Part shown: positions 62,961 through 64,000 of the stretch, one piece after another
Layout of the letters: each line of letters starts with the position of its first letter
How positions within the stretch are numbered: the stretch's first letter is position 1
Assembly (NCBI GenBank): GCA_951406725.2
Contig: OX597821.1
Span: 42,594,001 to 42,658,000 of the forward strand
DNA from: Octopus vulgaris
Lineage: Eukaryota
DNA length: 64,000 nt
Direction: 5' to 3'
The notes under the pieces: generated by a model
The model's database searches: none
Seen by the model: only the letters and a program-made list of their open reading frames with translations
What the model was told of the DNA's origin: nothing
Position numbers and translations under genes: made by a program

Positions 62961-63571
62961 CTCCACTTGCATTGCTATAATATTTAAATGCTGTATGTAA
63001 ATGCAATAACACTAGTCAAGTGTTCTCAAACCTCTAATACTCCACTGTCTTAATCTTTGTACTCACAACCATGGGGAAATTTATAAAAGTATAGGAATAT
63101 TAATATCATTATGACTGAAGGTGTAAAGTTACAAATATAAAATTTGATCTTGAAATGTTAAGTTAAATCCATCTAAACTTATGGATGCTTTTGTTTTGAG
63201 TCTACTTAGTCAAGGGAGATAACTACTAAGCACAATTTAGAGTGTAAGAAATAAGAATTGTGACTTTACGTGGAATAAACTAAGAGGAAAAACGTTCGAA
63301 ATTTATTTCTATAGTTTTTTTATTAGCATTGTCACATAATGAGACACTGTGTTTGGATTTTCATATGCTAAATGTATGACAACACCTGTTAATTATTTTC
63401 CCCGTTTTTCATGTAGAACAAAAATTTGTAGAACTCAGTTTTGACACCAATGAGTCAAGGGCGGCTGGGAATATTCTAAGCGATGCTGTTACAGGAATTT
63501 CTCAAAAGTGAGCCAAATCCATGCTCACATACAGAATTGAATTTAAAAGTTAATCACTAAGGTAATATATA

Positions 63572-63763
63572 TTTCTTTACAACCCACAAGGGGCTAAACA
63601 CAGAGGGAACAAACAAGGGGATTAAGTCGATCACATCGACCCCAGTGCGTATCTGGTACTTAATTTATCGACCCCGAAAGGATGAAAGGCGAAGTCGACC
63701 TCAGAACGTATCGACAGACGAAATACGGCTACGCATTTCGCCCGGTGTACTAACGTTTCTGCC
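63572..63763 (-). mobile_element. SINE family B copy
   Basis: CCCACAAGGGGCTAAACAC..GACCCCGAAAGGATGAAAGGC..CTAACGTTTCTGCC. Confidence 0.85.
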
Positions 63764-64000
63764 TTTCACTAAGATAATATATGTTATTCCCCTCACTTTT
63801 GAAAAACTTAACATATGAATTCCTGGCAAGAAAGTTCTTTCCCCTTGCCATAGAGGTGGCTAATCAAGAGATTATATTAGCCCCTTGGAATTCAGACTGC
63901 TTTGTCAAAATGTATTGCTTATTAGTCATTGTTTTGAATTAATCACACATTATCTTTTAGCTTCAATGGTTGTATATTTTTAGAATAACAGTGTAGAGTA

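Overview
AT-rich, intron- and SINE-dense animal genomic DNA. The SINE families and (TA)n/(CA)n microsatellite load look like an octopus/coleoid cephalopod genome (inference). Three spliced protein-coding genes were reconstructed exon by exon with GT-AG boundaries and consistent phases. (1) A typical 2-Cys peroxiredoxin, Prx1/2 type (+, 5 coding exons, 3663..16966, 193 aa). (2) The cellular PIF1 5'-3' DNA helicase (-, 11 coding exons, 39999..19319, 614 aa), convergent with Prx. (3) TTC33 (+, 4 coding exons, 49367..60668, 277 aa), divergent from PIF1. The rest is interspersed repeat: several SINE families, RTE/CR1/Tx1 LINE 3' fragments, two mariner remnants, a non-autonomous Helitron and nested foldback DNA elements containing telomere-type repeats. 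Most ORFs in the supplied track are SINE or microsatellite artefacts. The most interesting signals are a minimal type-I hammerhead ribozyme at 48403..48448, candidate alternative last exons in the long repeat-poor Prx intron 4 that would change the resolving-Cys/YF tail, a near-perfect RFX X-box beside the Prx start exon, inverted SINE pairs bracketing PIF1 exons, and a head-to-tail SINE array near 62 kb. Repeat boundaries are approximate and were read by eye.
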